Shown here piece by piece: positions 9,538 through 19,818 of a stretch of DNA of 64,000 nucleotides. The notes beneath the pieces are model-generated. The model was not told the DNA's origin, did no database searches, and was given only the letters and a program-made list of their open reading frames with translations. Source of the stretch: Candidatus Auribacterota bacterium (lineage in GTDB: Bacteria; Auribacterota; JAFGBW01); NCBI GenBank assembly GCA_016932965.1, contig JAFGBW010000039.1, positions 2,140 through 66,139 of the forward strand. Direction: 5' to 3'. Position numbers and translations under genes: made by a program. Each line of letters starts with the position of its first letter. The stretch's first letter is position 1.

Positions 9538-11349
9538 CTGGAATATAATCAATCCAAATCCTTTTAGTTCTATTTCGTATTGATTTGATTTTTTCTTGCG
9601 GAGAATAGACCCTTTTCCAAGCCATTTTTCTTCATATGAATCGAGTCGTTTTATCCATTTACCGATAGGGAATTTCATGGTGCATTTATCCTGACGGTCG
9701 GAAAAATGAGCCACGATAAAAATTTGGCTTTTATTTTTAGAGCGGTGGATGGCCATGATGCTTTTATCTTCCATGAAATGCACGGATAAGGTTTTCTTGC
9801 TAAAATCAGACAAAACAGGAGTGACCCTGCGGAGCCGGATCAATTCCCTGTACCAGTTCAGTAAAATGCTGTGCGGTTTTTTCGTTCTTTTCTCCCACTG
9901 GAGAATACATTGTTCGAAAGTCCAAGTATCATAGGGATCAGGCGGGTCTTTTTTCCAATGGAAGGCTTCGAATTCTTTTTTTCTGCCATTGCGAACAGCC
10001 TCAATGAGATTTGGATCCTGATGACTGATGAAATATAAAAAGGGAGCGTTTTCCCCATATTCCTCTCCCATAAAGATAAGGGGTATAAAAGGGGAAAGAA
10101 GGGTCATGCCTGCGGCCAGTTTTAATCCGTCAAAATCAACTAGATTTGACAGCCGTTCACCGTTCATACGGTTCCCTGTCTGGTCATGGTTTTGCGAGAA
10201 AACGACAAAACGGCTGCCTGAAATTCCTGCAGCTGAGTTGCCGTGATTGCGTTTTCTAAATGGAGAATACTGCCCGGAATAGACGTAATTATCAGTCAGA
10301 CATTTTTCAAGTTGTGTCAGCTTGCCGAAATCCCCGTAGTAACCTGTTTTTTCATTTGTGAGAAGAGTATGGATGCAGTGATGAAAATCATCGTTCCATT
10401 GGCCGTGTATTCCGTATCCGTTGTTTTTTTGGTCCGTTACGAGGATTGCATTGTTCAGATCACTTTCTGCAATCAGATAAAACGGACGGCCCTGATCCTT
10501 GGAAAATTGGTCGGTTTTATCAGCCATTTCCCGGAGAATATGCTTTGCGCTGAAATCGTAGATGCCATGTACGGCATCCAGTCTCAATGCGTCGATATGA
10601 AAATATTTAAACCAGTACAGGACGTTGAAAATAAAATAATCCCTTACTTCCCGGCTGTATTCCCCGTCAAAGTTAATGGCCCAACCCCAGGGCGTTTTAT
10701 ACCGGTCGGTGAAATAGGGAGCGAAATCCCAGATGGTATTTCCTTCAGGCCCCAGGTGGTTGTAAACGACATCCAGAACCACGGCCATTTTTTTTTGATG
10801 ACAGAAATTGACCAGTTTTTTTAATCCTTGGGGTCCTCCGTAAGAATTTTGAACGGCAAAAGGATAAACTCCGTCATAACCCCAGTTTCTGCTGCCCGGA
10901 AATGATGAAACCGGCATGAGTTCAATGGCATTGACTCCGAGCTCCTTCAAATCGTCAATACGTTTGATGATGCCTTCGAAGGTTCCTTCTTTTGTGAACG
11001 TCCCGGTGTGAAGTTCGTACAGGACCATTTTTTCCAATGGAATCCCATGCCATCGGTCATCGGTCCAGTTGAAAGCGGAGTGATCGATGACTTCGGATGG
11101 GCCGTGAACGCCTTCCGGTTGAGAAAACGATAAGGGATCAGGGCGGTCTCTGTCCTTGTCGATGTTGTAGAAATATCTCAGTCCGCTGCAAGGGAAATCG
11201 AGCTTAGTGTGCCAGTAGCCGTTCTGATCTATTTCCATTGGGATGATTTTTTCCTCAGGAAAAACGAGATGCAGATCGATCGATTTTTTTAAGGGAGCAA
11301 ATACGCGAAAATGGATACAGTCATTTTTTTTGAATGCACCTGGTTCCAT
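9529..11349 (-). CDS. treZ: Malto-oligosyltrehalose trehalohydrolase-like GH13 glycoside hydrolase (CBM48 + alpha-amylase catalytic domain)
   Basis: N-terminal FRVFAP...DQNGYWH is a CBM48/E-set-like domain. GH13 motifs follow: DVVYNH, GFRLD-like ALRLDAVHGI, FSQNHDQ. Confidence 0.75.
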   Translation of the reverse strand: MEPGAFKKNDCIHFRVFAPLKKSIDLHLVFPEEKIIPMEIDQNGYWHTKLDFPCSGLRYFYNIDKDRDRPDPLSFSQPEGVHGPSEVIDHSAFNWTDDRWHGIPLEKMVLYELHTGTFTKEGTFEGIIKRIDDLKELGVNAIELMPVSSFPGSRNWGYDGVYPFAVQNSYGGPQGLKKLVNFCHQKKMAVVLDVVYNHLGPEGNTIWDFAPYFTDRYKTPWGWAINFDGEYSREVRDYFIFNVLYWFKYFHIDALRLDAVHGIYDFSAKHILREMADKTDQFSKDQGRPFYLIAESDLNNAILVTDQKNNGYGIHGQWNDDFHHCIHTLLTNEKTGYYGDFGKLTQLEKCLTDNYVYSGQYSPFRKRNHGNSAAGISGSRFVVFSQNHDQTGNRMNGERLSNLVDFDGLKLAAGMTLLSPFIPLIFMGEEYGENAPFLYFISHQDPNLIEAVRNGRKKEFEAFHWKKDPPDPYDTWTFEQCILQWEKRTKKPHSILLNWYRELIRLRRVTPVLSDFSKKTLSVHFMEDKSIMAIHRSKNKSQIFIVAHFSDRQDKCTMKFPIGKWIKRLDSYEEKWLGKGSILRKKKSNQYEIELKGFGLIIFQLN

Positions 11350-11353
11350 GGGA

Positions 11354-12403
11354 TCAATTTCTTTTTAAATAGAGAGTTTGGGTTGGGAAAGCAAATTCGA
11401 TTGTATTTTTTTCAAATTCTTCTTTGATCGCAAAGTTGATGGTTTGCTGGATGTCCATGTACTTATTGTAATCAGAACTCAAGATATAATATACGATCTC
11501 ATAAACAAGGCTGAAGTCTCCGTACGAAGAGAAATGAGCCCTGTCAAAACGGGTATCGGGGATATTGAGGATGATGTTTTTGATCATGTCCGGAATGGCT
11601 TTGACTTTATCGCTGGGGGTGTCATAAACGACTCCGATTTGGAACACGACACGCCTTTCTTTCATGAGTTGGTAGTTTCTCAGCCTGGATTCAGTGAGGT
11701 CGGTGTTCGAAAAAACAAGCAGTTCTCCGCTCAAGCTCCTGATTCTTGTTGTTTTGATCCCGATATGTTCAATGGAGCCGAGGAATTCGCCTACAATGAT
11801 GAAATCGCCTACAGCAAACGGCTGGTCCAGGAGGATCGAAATATAGCTGAATAAGTCTTTTAAAATGATCTGGGAGGCAAATGCAATCGCAATACCTCCG
11901 ATGCCCAGTCCGGCGACAAGAGTGGAGATATGGAATCCAAGGTTTTCCAAAAAGAATATAGTAGCTATGATCCAGAGTGAGATTTTGATGATTTTTGAAA
12001 ATCCAGGCATTGCGGTCTTGATGGCGGGTTTCAGGTCCTTTTTCTTTAAATTCTGTTTCAGCAGCCAATCAATGATGCTGGTTGAAAGCAGCATGATGGT
12101 GCTGATAAAAAGGATTTGGCCGAAAATGTGATAGGCTTTCTCCAGATAGGATGTCAGATTGAGAAATCCGAAATTGAGATAGAAAGCGACCCCATACAGT
12201 AAAGGTATTCCATATCCGTCAATGAATCCCAATACCGGTTCGCTAACAGGCAGGTTTTTATTTTTAAAGAATTGTTTGAGATATTTCAGGCCGTTCTTTT
12301 TGAATTTCTTAATGAGATAGAAAAAGACCAGCAATCCTGAGAAGAATAAGACCCATATGGTAAGCGGATTCCCTATGAATGAATAATTCATGATATTTTT
12401 CAT
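11354..12403 (-). CDS. Mechanosensitive ion channel, MscS family
   Basis: Multiple N-terminal TM helices followed by the MscS beta-domain region with ...FAVGDFIIVGEFLGSIEHIGIKTTRIRSLSGELLVFSN. Confidence 0.75.
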   Translation of the reverse strand: MKNIMNYSFIGNPLTIWVLFFSGLLVFFYLIKKFKKNGLKYLKQFFKNKNLPVSEPVLGFIDGYGIPLLYGVAFYLNFGFLNLTSYLEKAYHIFGQILFISTIMLLSTSIIDWLLKQNLKKKDLKPAIKTAMPGFSKIIKISLWIIATIFFLENLGFHISTLVAGLGIGGIAIAFASQIILKDLFSYISILLDQPFAVGDFIIVGEFLGSIEHIGIKTTRIRSLSGELLVFSNTDLTESRLRNYQLMKERRVVFQIGVVYDTPSDKVKAIPDMIKNIILNIPDTRFDRAHFSSYGDFSLVYEIVYYILSSDYNKYMDIQQTINFAIKEEFEKNTIEFAFPTQTLYLKRN

Positions 12404-12541
12404 AATCGATTACTCCTTAATATAAAACCAGTCCCTGATCTTTTGCACTGTTTCACCTTCATTTCAATAAAAAAATGCAGATCCATCCGGCCCAATCCTG
12501 TCAGTAAACGAAAAGAAGAGGCGTGAGGCTCTTCATGAGTT

Positions 12542-14467
12542 TCATTTTGATCTGGCGTGATTCATGTAAGATAAGGGTCGGCCAAGATATTCCCGGATGC
12601 CGGAATTTCTTTCAATGGGCGTACGGATCGTATTCATAAGAAGGCTTTTTTTACCGACGATCCACAGGCGTTTTTTCGCGCGGGTGATTCCCGTGTACAA
12701 AATTTCGCGGGTCAGAACCGGAGAAGGTCTGTCAGGAAAAACAAGAAGAATATGATCCGCTTCTGAACCCTGACTTTTATGAATGGTCATGGCGTAAGCG
12801 GTTTCGTAATCCTGAAGCCGGGAGGGGGGGATTTTTCTGAAAATCATTCCGTCCTGGAAGACAACGCGAAGCCCATCCCCATCCACGTCCAGAACCATTC
12901 CCCAATCCCCGTTATACAGAGAATTTTTATAATCGTTTTTTACGATTAAAACAGGCTGGCCGGGATAAATCCTGTCTGCATCTGCATATGACTGCATGCA
13001 TTTTTGATTGATAAAGACCGTTCCCCAGGGGCCGTTTTTTATCGCGCATAAAATTTTAAAATTTTGATAGATAGAAAATATCCGCCTTATTTTTTCCCGG
13101 CCTTCTTCTTGTTCAAAATCCATCCGTTTAAATTGAAAGGATTCCTTTTTATCAGATTCCGGATATGGGACGCGGATTAAACGAGTCAGCATCTGGTCTG
13201 ATGGGGCCGTCTTGTCCGTATCAAAGAATAAAACCGGGGCTGAAGAAAGGGGGTTGCCCATCTCTTCCTGCTGCATGAGTGAGAATGCTGCATCCGCATC
13301 TCCCCTGTTTACAGCCTGGGCTAAATCACTGATTTCTTTTGCGCAGCGTTTCATCTCGCTTAATTCCGTAATATGCCCCGTTAGAGCATGTGGGCTGATA
13401 TCGCGATGCCTCGGCAGCATGTCGGCCAGGATAGTCCCGCTCTCAACAGAGGGAAGCTGGTTCTTGTCACCCATTAGAATCAGTTTCCCATTTTCAGGAA
13501 TCGACTCCATTAGCAGGGCCATTTGTCCAGCATCTATCATGGATGCTTCGTCAACAACGACTGCATCAGCAATCAGTTTTTTCGGGTGCGATTCATTGAT
13601 GGAAGAAAGCCCTTCCTGTAAAAGACGATGCAGGGTGAATGCCTTTTCAGGAAGAGCTGCATCGATTTTCTTCTGCAAGGCGTTCCTTCCCTGGAAAGCG
13701 GCAGAAGCACGGATTTTTTCCATCAATGTGTCTGCAGCCCTGCCTGTCGGAGCCGCGAGTAAAATGACATAAGGTCTGGTTCCGATTTTTTCCTCCATCA
13801 GATGAGCATAAAGCAATGCCCTAAGGAAATTGATCACAAGAAACGTTTTTCCTGTTCCAGGGCCTCCGGTCACGATGGAGAATTTTTTTTCGAGGACCGT
13901 CTTGAGGGCTTTTTTCTGTTCCTCATTTAGACTAAATGAAGTGCTGTGCTCCTCATGTTTGAGAGCCATTTCCATGGCCTGTTCCTGGACCGATTTTGAG
14001 AAAAAATCCTGTCTGGATGAAAGAAAATTCCCCAGACTTCGAAGGATCCTTTTTTCGTAATGATAGTATTTGTGCAGATAGAAATAAGGGCCGGACATGA
14101 TCACGGGTTTTTCTTCCTCGTCTTTTCCAAAAATGTCCGGATTGGTTGATAGCATTACGGGCAAAGCATGGACCATTTCTTTAATTTGTTCATGAAAGCG
14201 TATCCGGACATCCTTTGAATGATCTTCAAGCCAGTAGTTGAATTCCTGCTGTATTTTTTCTGAAAAAGACTCGTCCGCCGGATCCATGAAAATTCGTAAA
14301 TGGCCTTCCCGGGTTTTTAATGCAAGATATAAAAGAAAGAATTTCAGACTGAATGACCCGTCCCCCCGTTTGCCCCCCATGTAATCAGCAAAATAATAAA
14401 TCACAGGCGACAACGACAGGTTCTCCATCTCCCGAAGAAAACCATTATCTGTTGTTTTCGAAAGCAT
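12542..14467 (-). CDS. recD: RecD-like SF1 DNA helicase (exodeoxyribonuclease V alpha-like / RecD2-type, standalone)
   Basis: Walker A GGPGTGKT, AAPTGRAA, Walker B VVDEASMID and motif VI HKSQGSE. The start is set at the Met before LSKTTDNG because the upstream ORF extension runs into a terminator hairpin. Confidence 0.75.
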   Translation of the reverse strand: MLSKTTDNGFLREMENLSLSPVIYYFADYMGGKRGDGSFSLKFFLLYLALKTREGHLRIFMDPADESFSEKIQQEFNYWLEDHSKDVRIRFHEQIKEMVHALPVMLSTNPDIFGKDEEEKPVIMSGPYFYLHKYYHYEKRILRSLGNFLSSRQDFFSKSVQEQAMEMALKHEEHSTSFSLNEEQKKALKTVLEKKFSIVTGGPGTGKTFLVINFLRALLYAHLMEEKIGTRPYVILLAAPTGRAADTLMEKIRASAAFQGRNALQKKIDAALPEKAFTLHRLLQEGLSSINESHPKKLIADAVVVDEASMIDAGQMALLMESIPENGKLILMGDKNQLPSVESGTILADMLPRHRDISPHALTGHITELSEMKRCAKEISDLAQAVNRGDADAAFSLMQQEEMGNPLSSAPVLFFDTDKTAPSDQMLTRLIRVPYPESDKKESFQFKRMDFEQEEGREKIRRIFSIYQNFKILCAIKNGPWGTVFINQKCMQSYADADRIYPGQPVLIVKNDYKNSLYNGDWGMVLDVDGDGLRVVFQDGMIFRKIPPSRLQDYETAYAMTIHKSQGSEADHILLVFPDRPSPVLTREILYTGITRAKKRLWIVGKKSLLMNTIRTPIERNSGIREYLGRPLSYMNHARSK

Positions 14468-14491
14468 AGGTCGTTGGGGGGCTGAATCTGA

Positions 14492-14528
14492 AGGCAAACC
14501 TTTCTTTTCCAAAAGAAAGGTTTGCCTT
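14492..14528. terminator. Perfect 17-bp palindrome AGGCAAACCTTTCTTTT-CC-AAAAGAAAGGTTTGCCT immediately 3' of the PFOR gene
   Basis: Read directly. The stem has A/T runs at both ends, so it could terminate in both directions. It sits between the PFOR stop at 14540 and the recD start. Confidence 0.5.
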
Positions 14529-14539
14529 CTAATCAGATC

Positions 14540-17500
14540 TTATTTCCCTTCTTCTTTTGCTGGGAATTTGATGGTAGAGAGGTATTTGTACAAGGCCCAG
14601 CGGAGGTTGACATCCTCCTGGGCTTCGGCGAAGAGGTGTTTCATTTCTTCGGGTTTGGTTTTACCGAGCATTTTGAACCGGGTTTCCATGTTGAGGTATT
14701 TTTCAACCGGAATTTCCGGGTCTTTGGAATCGAGCTGGAAGGGATTTTCTCCGGTCTTGATCCGGTCCGGATTGAAGCGGTAAAGCGGCCATTGTCCGGA
14801 GGCCACGGCGGCTTTTTCATTCTGGAGCCCTTTGGCCATGTCGATGCCGTGGGCGATGCAGTGGGAATACGCAATGATGAGGGAAGGGCCTTCATAGGCT
14901 TCTGCTTCCAGGATGGCTTTCAGGGCGTGGTCATCGCGGGCGCCGATGGAGATTCTGGCGACATAAACGGTTCCATAGGTCATGGCCATGAGTCCCAGGT
15001 CTTTTTTAGGAGCAGGTTTCCCGGCTGCGGCGAATTTGGCAACGGCTGCACGTGGAGTGGATTTGGACATTTGTCCGCCGGTGTTGGAATAGACTTCCGT
15101 ATCCAGAACCAGCATATTCACATTTCGTCCGCTGGAGAGCACGTGGTCCAGTCCGCCGTAACCGATGTCATAGGCCCATCCGTCACCGCCCAGGATCCAG
15201 ACACTCTTTTTAACCAGCATATCGGAGATGGCGAGAAGATGTTTTGCCTCCGGCGAATTCATTTTTTCCAGTATTTTTTTTAATTCTGCCACCCGTTCAC
15301 GCTGTTCATAGATTTCAGCTTCGGTTTTCTGCTGAGATTTTAAGATGAAATCTGCCAGCTCCTGTCCGACCTGACTGGATAATTTCATCAATAATTCGGA
15401 GGAAAACTCGATCATTTTATCAATGGTCAGGCGGAACCCAAAACCGAATTCGGCGTTGTCTTCAAAAAGAGAATTAGACCAGGCAGGTCCACGGCCTTGA
15501 GCGTTCACGGCCCAGGGAGTTGTCGGCAGGTTCCCTCCGTAAATGGAGGAGCAGCCGGTCGCATTGGATGCGATCATGCGGTCTCCGAACAGCTGGCTGA
15601 TGAGTTTCAAGTAGGGTGTTTCCCCGCATCCGCCGCAGGCTCCTGAAAATTCAAACAAAGGCCGCATCAACTGCTGTTCACGGATTACATTGGTTTTAAG
15701 GAGTCTGGGATCGGCATCCGGAAGAGAAAGAAAATATTTCCAGTTTTCTTTTTCCGCAGCACGCAAGGGGGGCTGCGGGGCCATGTTGATGGCTTTTTTG
15801 GACGGATCAGTTTTATTTTTGGCAGGGCAGGCATCCGTGCATACAGAACAGCCGGTGCAGTCTTCCGGGGAAACCTGGATGGAGCATTTCATGCCCTTGG
15901 AAGCGCCGGCTTTGACATCAGCGGATTTAAATGATGGTGGTGCTTTTTCCAGGAGTTTCGGATCGTATGTTTTCATGCGGATGACCCCGTGGGGGCAGAC
16001 AATGGAGCATTTACCGCATTGGATGCAGGTGGCAGGGTCCCACACCGGTATTTCCAGCGCGATATTTCTTTTTTCATACTGGGACGTGGCTGTTGGAAAC
16101 GTTCCATCCGCAGGGAACTTGCTGACAGGAATCAAATCCCCACGGCCGGCGATGATTTCACCCAGAACTTCTTTCACGAAAACGGGCGAGTCTTCTGCAA
16201 CAGCAGGCGGCATGGTGAATGTGCTGGTGACTTTGTTAGGGACTTTGACCTCGGACAAATGAGCCAGGGTCTGATCGACGGCATCCATATTTTTTTTCAC
16301 CACGTCGTCGCCTTTTTTGCCGTATGTTTTCTTAATGGCTTTCTTGATTTCTTCAATAGCCTCGTTTTTTGGAAGGACCCCGGAAATGGCAAAAAAGCAG
16401 ACTTGCATGATGGTATTGATCCGCTGTCCCATGCCGGTCTCTTTGGCCACCTTATAGGCGTCGATCACATAGAATTTCATTTTTTTAGCGATGATTGTTT
16501 CCTGCACTTCTTTCGGCAGATGGTTCCAGACTTCATTCGGCCCGTAAGGCGAGTTCAACAGGAAGGTTCCCTTATCTGCGGCATTAGACAGCATATCGTA
16601 TTTTTCAAGGAATAGATTCTGATGACAGGCCACGAAATTAGCCTGGCTGATCAGATAAGTGGAATGGATTGGGTTGGAACCGAATCTCAAGTGGGAAACC
16701 GTGACAGCACCGGCTTTTTTAGAATCATAAACAAAATACCCTTGGGCGTAATTATCCGTGTTTTCTCCAATGATTTTGATGGAATTTTTATTGGCGCCGA
16801 CGGTTCCATCTGAACCCAGGCCGTAAAAAATAGCCCGTGTTACTTTGTTCGATTCAGTTGAAAATTGAGGATCATACGGAAGGCTCAGATGGGTGACATC
16901 GTCCTTGATTCCGATTGTGAAATGGTTTTTCAGATGGCCGCTGTCTAAATGGTCAAATACTCCCTTGATCATAGCGGGTGTGAATTCCTTGGAGGAAAGA
17001 CCATATCGGCCGCCAATGATTTTGGGCGTGTTTTTCATGCTTCCCCATCCGAGCAGCTGAGCTTCATGAAAAGCATTGACACAATCCAGATACAGGGGTT
17101 CTCCCGGGGAACCGGGTTCTTTTGTCCGGTCAAGCACCGCGATTTTTTGTACGGTAGCGGGCAAACTGTCAACAAAGCGTTTCATATCAAACGGGCGGTA
17201 TAAACGTACTTTTAAAACACCGACCTTTTCACCCTGGGAAAGGAGGTGGTCCACTGTTTCATGGACGGGCTCGCAGCCCGATGCCATGAGTATGATCACT
17301 CGTTCCGCATCTTTTGCTCCGTGATAGTCAAATAAATGGTATTCTCTGCCGGTTTGCGAGGCAAATTCATTCATTTTTTGCTGAACGATGTCCGCACAGG
17401 CATTGTAATAAGGATTGCAGGTTTCCCTAGCCTGAAAAAACACATCAGGATTCTGGGCTGTTCCACGGATAACAGGATGATCAGGACTCAATGCCCGCTT

Positions 17501-18115
17501 GCGGTGTTCCAGGATTTTATCGGTATCAAGCATTCGTCTCATCACGTCATCAGGAACCACTTCTATTTTTGAGACTTCATGGGATGTCCGGAATCCGTCG
17601 AAAAAATGAAGGAAGGGGATCCTGGAGTCCAGGGAAGCAGCCTGGGCGATGAGGGCGAAATCCATGGCTTCCTGAACGGACGCGGAAGCCATGAGGCCGA
17701 ATCCGGTGGAGCGCACTGCCATGACGTCACTGTGATCTCCGAAAATAGACAGGGCATGTGTGGCCACGGTTCTGGCCGAGACATGGATGACAACAGGCGT
17801 TAATTCTCCGGCGATTTTAAACATATTCGGGATCATCAGTAACAGTCCCTGGGAGGCAGTGAAAGTGGTGCCTAATGCGCCTGATTGGATGGCTCCATGG
17901 AGCGCACCGGAGGCTCCGCCTTCGCTTTGCATTTCCACTACACGCGGAATGGTTCCCCAGATATTGGTTTTGCCTTCTGCGGCCCATGCGTCAGCCCATT
18001 CTGCCATGTTGGAGGAAGGGGTGATCGGATAAATGGAGATCACTTCATTGATGCGGTATGCTACATAAGCAACGGCTTCATTGCCGTCGATGGTTGTAAA
18101 GTTTTTTTCTTTCAT
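14540..18115 (-). CDS. nifJ: Pyruvate:ferredoxin (flavodoxin) oxidoreductase, single-polypeptide form
   Basis: 1191 aa. Two ferredoxin-type CxxCxxCxxxCP motifs (CIQCGKCSIVCPH, CTGCSVCTDACP). A TPP-binding C-terminal domain with GGDGWAYDIGYGGLDH. Confidence 0.9.
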   Translation of the reverse strand: MKEKNFTTIDGNEAVAYVAYRINEVISIYPITPSSNMAEWADAWAAEGKTNIWGTIPRVVEMQSEGGASGALHGAIQSGALGTTFTASQGLLLMIPNMFKIAGELTPVVIHVSARTVATHALSIFGDHSDVMAVRSTGFGLMASASVQEAMDFALIAQAASLDSRIPFLHFFDGFRTSHEVSKIEVVPDDVMRRMLDTDKILEHRKRALSPDHPVIRGTAQNPDVFFQARETCNPYYNACADIVQQKMNEFASQTGREYHLFDYHGAKDAERVIILMASGCEPVHETVDHLLSQGEKVGVLKVRLYRPFDMKRFVDSLPATVQKIAVLDRTKEPGSPGEPLYLDCVNAFHEAQLLGWGSMKNTPKIIGGRYGLSSKEFTPAMIKGVFDHLDSGHLKNHFTIGIKDDVTHLSLPYDPQFSTESNKVTRAIFYGLGSDGTVGANKNSIKIIGENTDNYAQGYFVYDSKKAGAVTVSHLRFGSNPIHSTYLISQANFVACHQNLFLEKYDMLSNAADKGTFLLNSPYGPNEVWNHLPKEVQETIIAKKMKFYVIDAYKVAKETGMGQRINTIMQVCFFAISGVLPKNEAIEEIKKAIKKTYGKKGDDVVKKNMDAVDQTLAHLSEVKVPNKVTSTFTMPPAVAEDSPVFVKEVLGEIIAGRGDLIPVSKFPADGTFPTATSQYEKRNIALEIPVWDPATCIQCGKCSIVCPHGVIRMKTYDPKLLEKAPPSFKSADVKAGASKGMKCSIQVSPEDCTGCSVCTDACPAKNKTDPSKKAINMAPQPPLRAAEKENWKYFLSLPDADPRLLKTNVIREQQLMRPLFEFSGACGGCGETPYLKLISQLFGDRMIASNATGCSSIYGGNLPTTPWAVNAQGRGPAWSNSLFEDNAEFGFGFRLTIDKMIEFSSELLMKLSSQVGQELADFILKSQQKTEAEIYEQRERVAELKKILEKMNSPEAKHLLAISDMLVKKSVWILGGDGWAYDIGYGGLDHVLSSGRNVNMLVLDTEVYSNTGGQMSKSTPRAAVAKFAAAGKPAPKKDLGLMAMTYGTVYVARISIGARDDHALKAILEAEAYEGPSLIIAYSHCIAHGIDMAKGLQNEKAAVASGQWPLYRFNPDRIKTGENPFQLDSKDPEIPVEKYLNMETRFKMLGKTKPEEMKHLFAEAQEDVNLRWALYKYLSTIKFPAKEEGK

Positions 18116-18285
18116 ATGTACTCCTGATTGCTGTGATAGGTTAAAAGAATAATAAAGTCTTCGTTGCTAACTTGGAACAGCGGGGACTATTTTTAATAGA
18201 TCTTGTATTATAGCCCTTTGTTAGCTTAATATGAATAAAATTTTGTCTTTTCATTGAAAAATTTTTTAAAAATAAAGAGGAAAAC

Positions 18286-19773
18286 ATGACCCAGTTATTT
18301 ATCTATAACACCTTATCCAGGCAGAAAGAAATTTTTAACCCGGTCAAGCCCGGGGAAGTATCCATGTATGTCTGCGGACCTACGGTTTATGATTACTGCC
18401 ATTTGGGGCATGCCAGGGCTGCTGTTTCTTTTGATACGGTATTCCGGTTTTTAAAATACTTGGGATACCAAGTGACGTATGTCCGGAATCTCACGGATGT
18501 GGATGATAAAATCATCAAACGTTCAAGAGAAGAGATGCCTGATTATGAACATGATCCCAAAGAGGCGTGCAGGCTCCTGTCAGAAAAATACACGCATGCT
18601 TTTCATGAAGACATGTTGGCCTTGAATCTTCTTGCTCCTACGATGGAACCGAGAGCCACGGAACATATTCAGGAGATGATCCGCATGATAGAAGTGCTGC
18701 TTAAAAACGGTCAGGCATACAATGTGGGTGGGAACGTGTATTTTGATGTTTCCTGTTTTCATGAATACGGGAGTCTTTCTGGGCGGAACATGGAAGAGAT
18801 GGAAACTCATTCGAGATTGGAAGAGGATCCGGATAAAAAAAATCCACTGGATTTCGCCTTATGGAAGAAAAGCATTCCGGGTGAGCCGTTTTGGGAAGCC
18901 TCTTTCGGGAACGGCCGGCCGGGGTGGCATATCGAATGTTCCGCCATGAGCACCAAATATCTTGGCGATACATTCGACCTTCACGGTGGCGGACAGGACC
19001 TCATTTTCCCTCATCATGAAAATGAAATATGCCAATCCAGATCTTTTTCCGGGAAAAGATTCGCCGTTTACTGGATGCACAATGGCATGATCACCATCCA
19101 CAGGGAAAAAATGTCCAAATCTCTCAAGAATTTCAAGCTGCTTCGGGAATTGTTTATCGAGTTCAGGCCGAGGATCATTAAGTTTTATCTGCTTTCCACC
19201 CATTATCGTTCACCGCTGGATTTTGATCCCGGATTGATAGCCAAAGCCGGTGAAGGATTGGAACGAATTGATAACACACTTTCCAGGGCCAAGGCTTTCC
19301 TTTTACAAAAACACGGGACATCTATAGTCGGGGAAGGGGAACCTGATCCGGAATGGGTGGAGGCGTTGTGTGATGATTTCAATACCCCAAAAGGATTGGG
19401 GGCGGTTTTTTCCTCCTGTACCCGGTTGAATACCTTGCTTGCTCAGGGCGTTGCCCCATTGGAAGAAATCAAGAATTATTTCGCCAGCATATTGAAGATG
19501 ATGTCTTTGTTGGGGTTGGAGGCGGAAACGGATCAGATTCATACGGTCTTGCGATCGGATTTTCCTTCCGGTTTTGATGCCGTGATGGAACTGCTGGCGG
19601 CAAAGAAGCACGATCTCGCTGATCATGAAATTCATCTGCTTGTTGCCGGAAGAGGTCTGGCAAAACTAAGGAAGGATTTCAAGCTGGCGGATGAGATAAG
19701 GAACCATCTGACTTTATCTGGAATCGAACTTCGGGATGCTGCTCAAGCCTTTTATTGGAAGAGAAATCATTAA
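18286..19773 (+). CDS. cysS: Cysteine--tRNA ligase
   Basis: MYVCGPTVYDYCHLGHAR is a HIGH-class motif, with KMSKS present and a zinc-binding Cys. Size 495 aa. Confidence 0.9.
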   Translation: MTQLFIYNTLSRQKEIFNPVKPGEVSMYVCGPTVYDYCHLGHARAAVSFDTVFRFLKYLGYQVTYVRNLTDVDDKIIKRSREEMPDYEHDPKEACRLLSEKYTHAFHEDMLALNLLAPTMEPRATEHIQEMIRMIEVLLKNGQAYNVGGNVYFDVSCFHEYGSLSGRNMEEMETHSRLEEDPDKKNPLDFALWKKSIPGEPFWEASFGNGRPGWHIECSAMSTKYLGDTFDLHGGGQDLIFPHHENEICQSRSFSGKRFAVYWMHNGMITIHREKMSKSLKNFKLLRELFIEFRPRIIKFYLLSTHYRSPLDFDPGLIAKAGEGLERIDNTLSRAKAFLLQKHGTSIVGEGEPDPEWVEALCDDFNTPKGLGAVFSSCTRLNTLLAQGVAPLEEIKNYFASILKMMSLLGLEAETDQIHTVLRSDFPSGFDAVMELLAAKKHDLADHEIHLLVAGRGLAKLRKDFKLADEIRNHLTLSGIELRDAAQAFYWKRNH

Positions 19774-19818
19774 TCTTGATTCCCTTTTTAAAAATTTATG
19801 GTAATATAGCGTCATATC

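Noticed and set aside
10243-10824. A 193-aa plus-strand ORF lies inside the treZ-like gene.
   Set aside because: It is antisense to the GH13 catalytic domain and has no motifs. It is spurious.
14522-18127. Numerous plus-strand ORFs of 60-250 aa (for example 14522-15283, 15690-16262, 15989-16615) lie inside the PFOR gene.
   Set aside because: They are antisense to a strongly supported 1191-aa coding region. They have glycine- and arginine-rich, low-complexity translations typical of reverse frames of GC-rich codons. They are treated as spurious.
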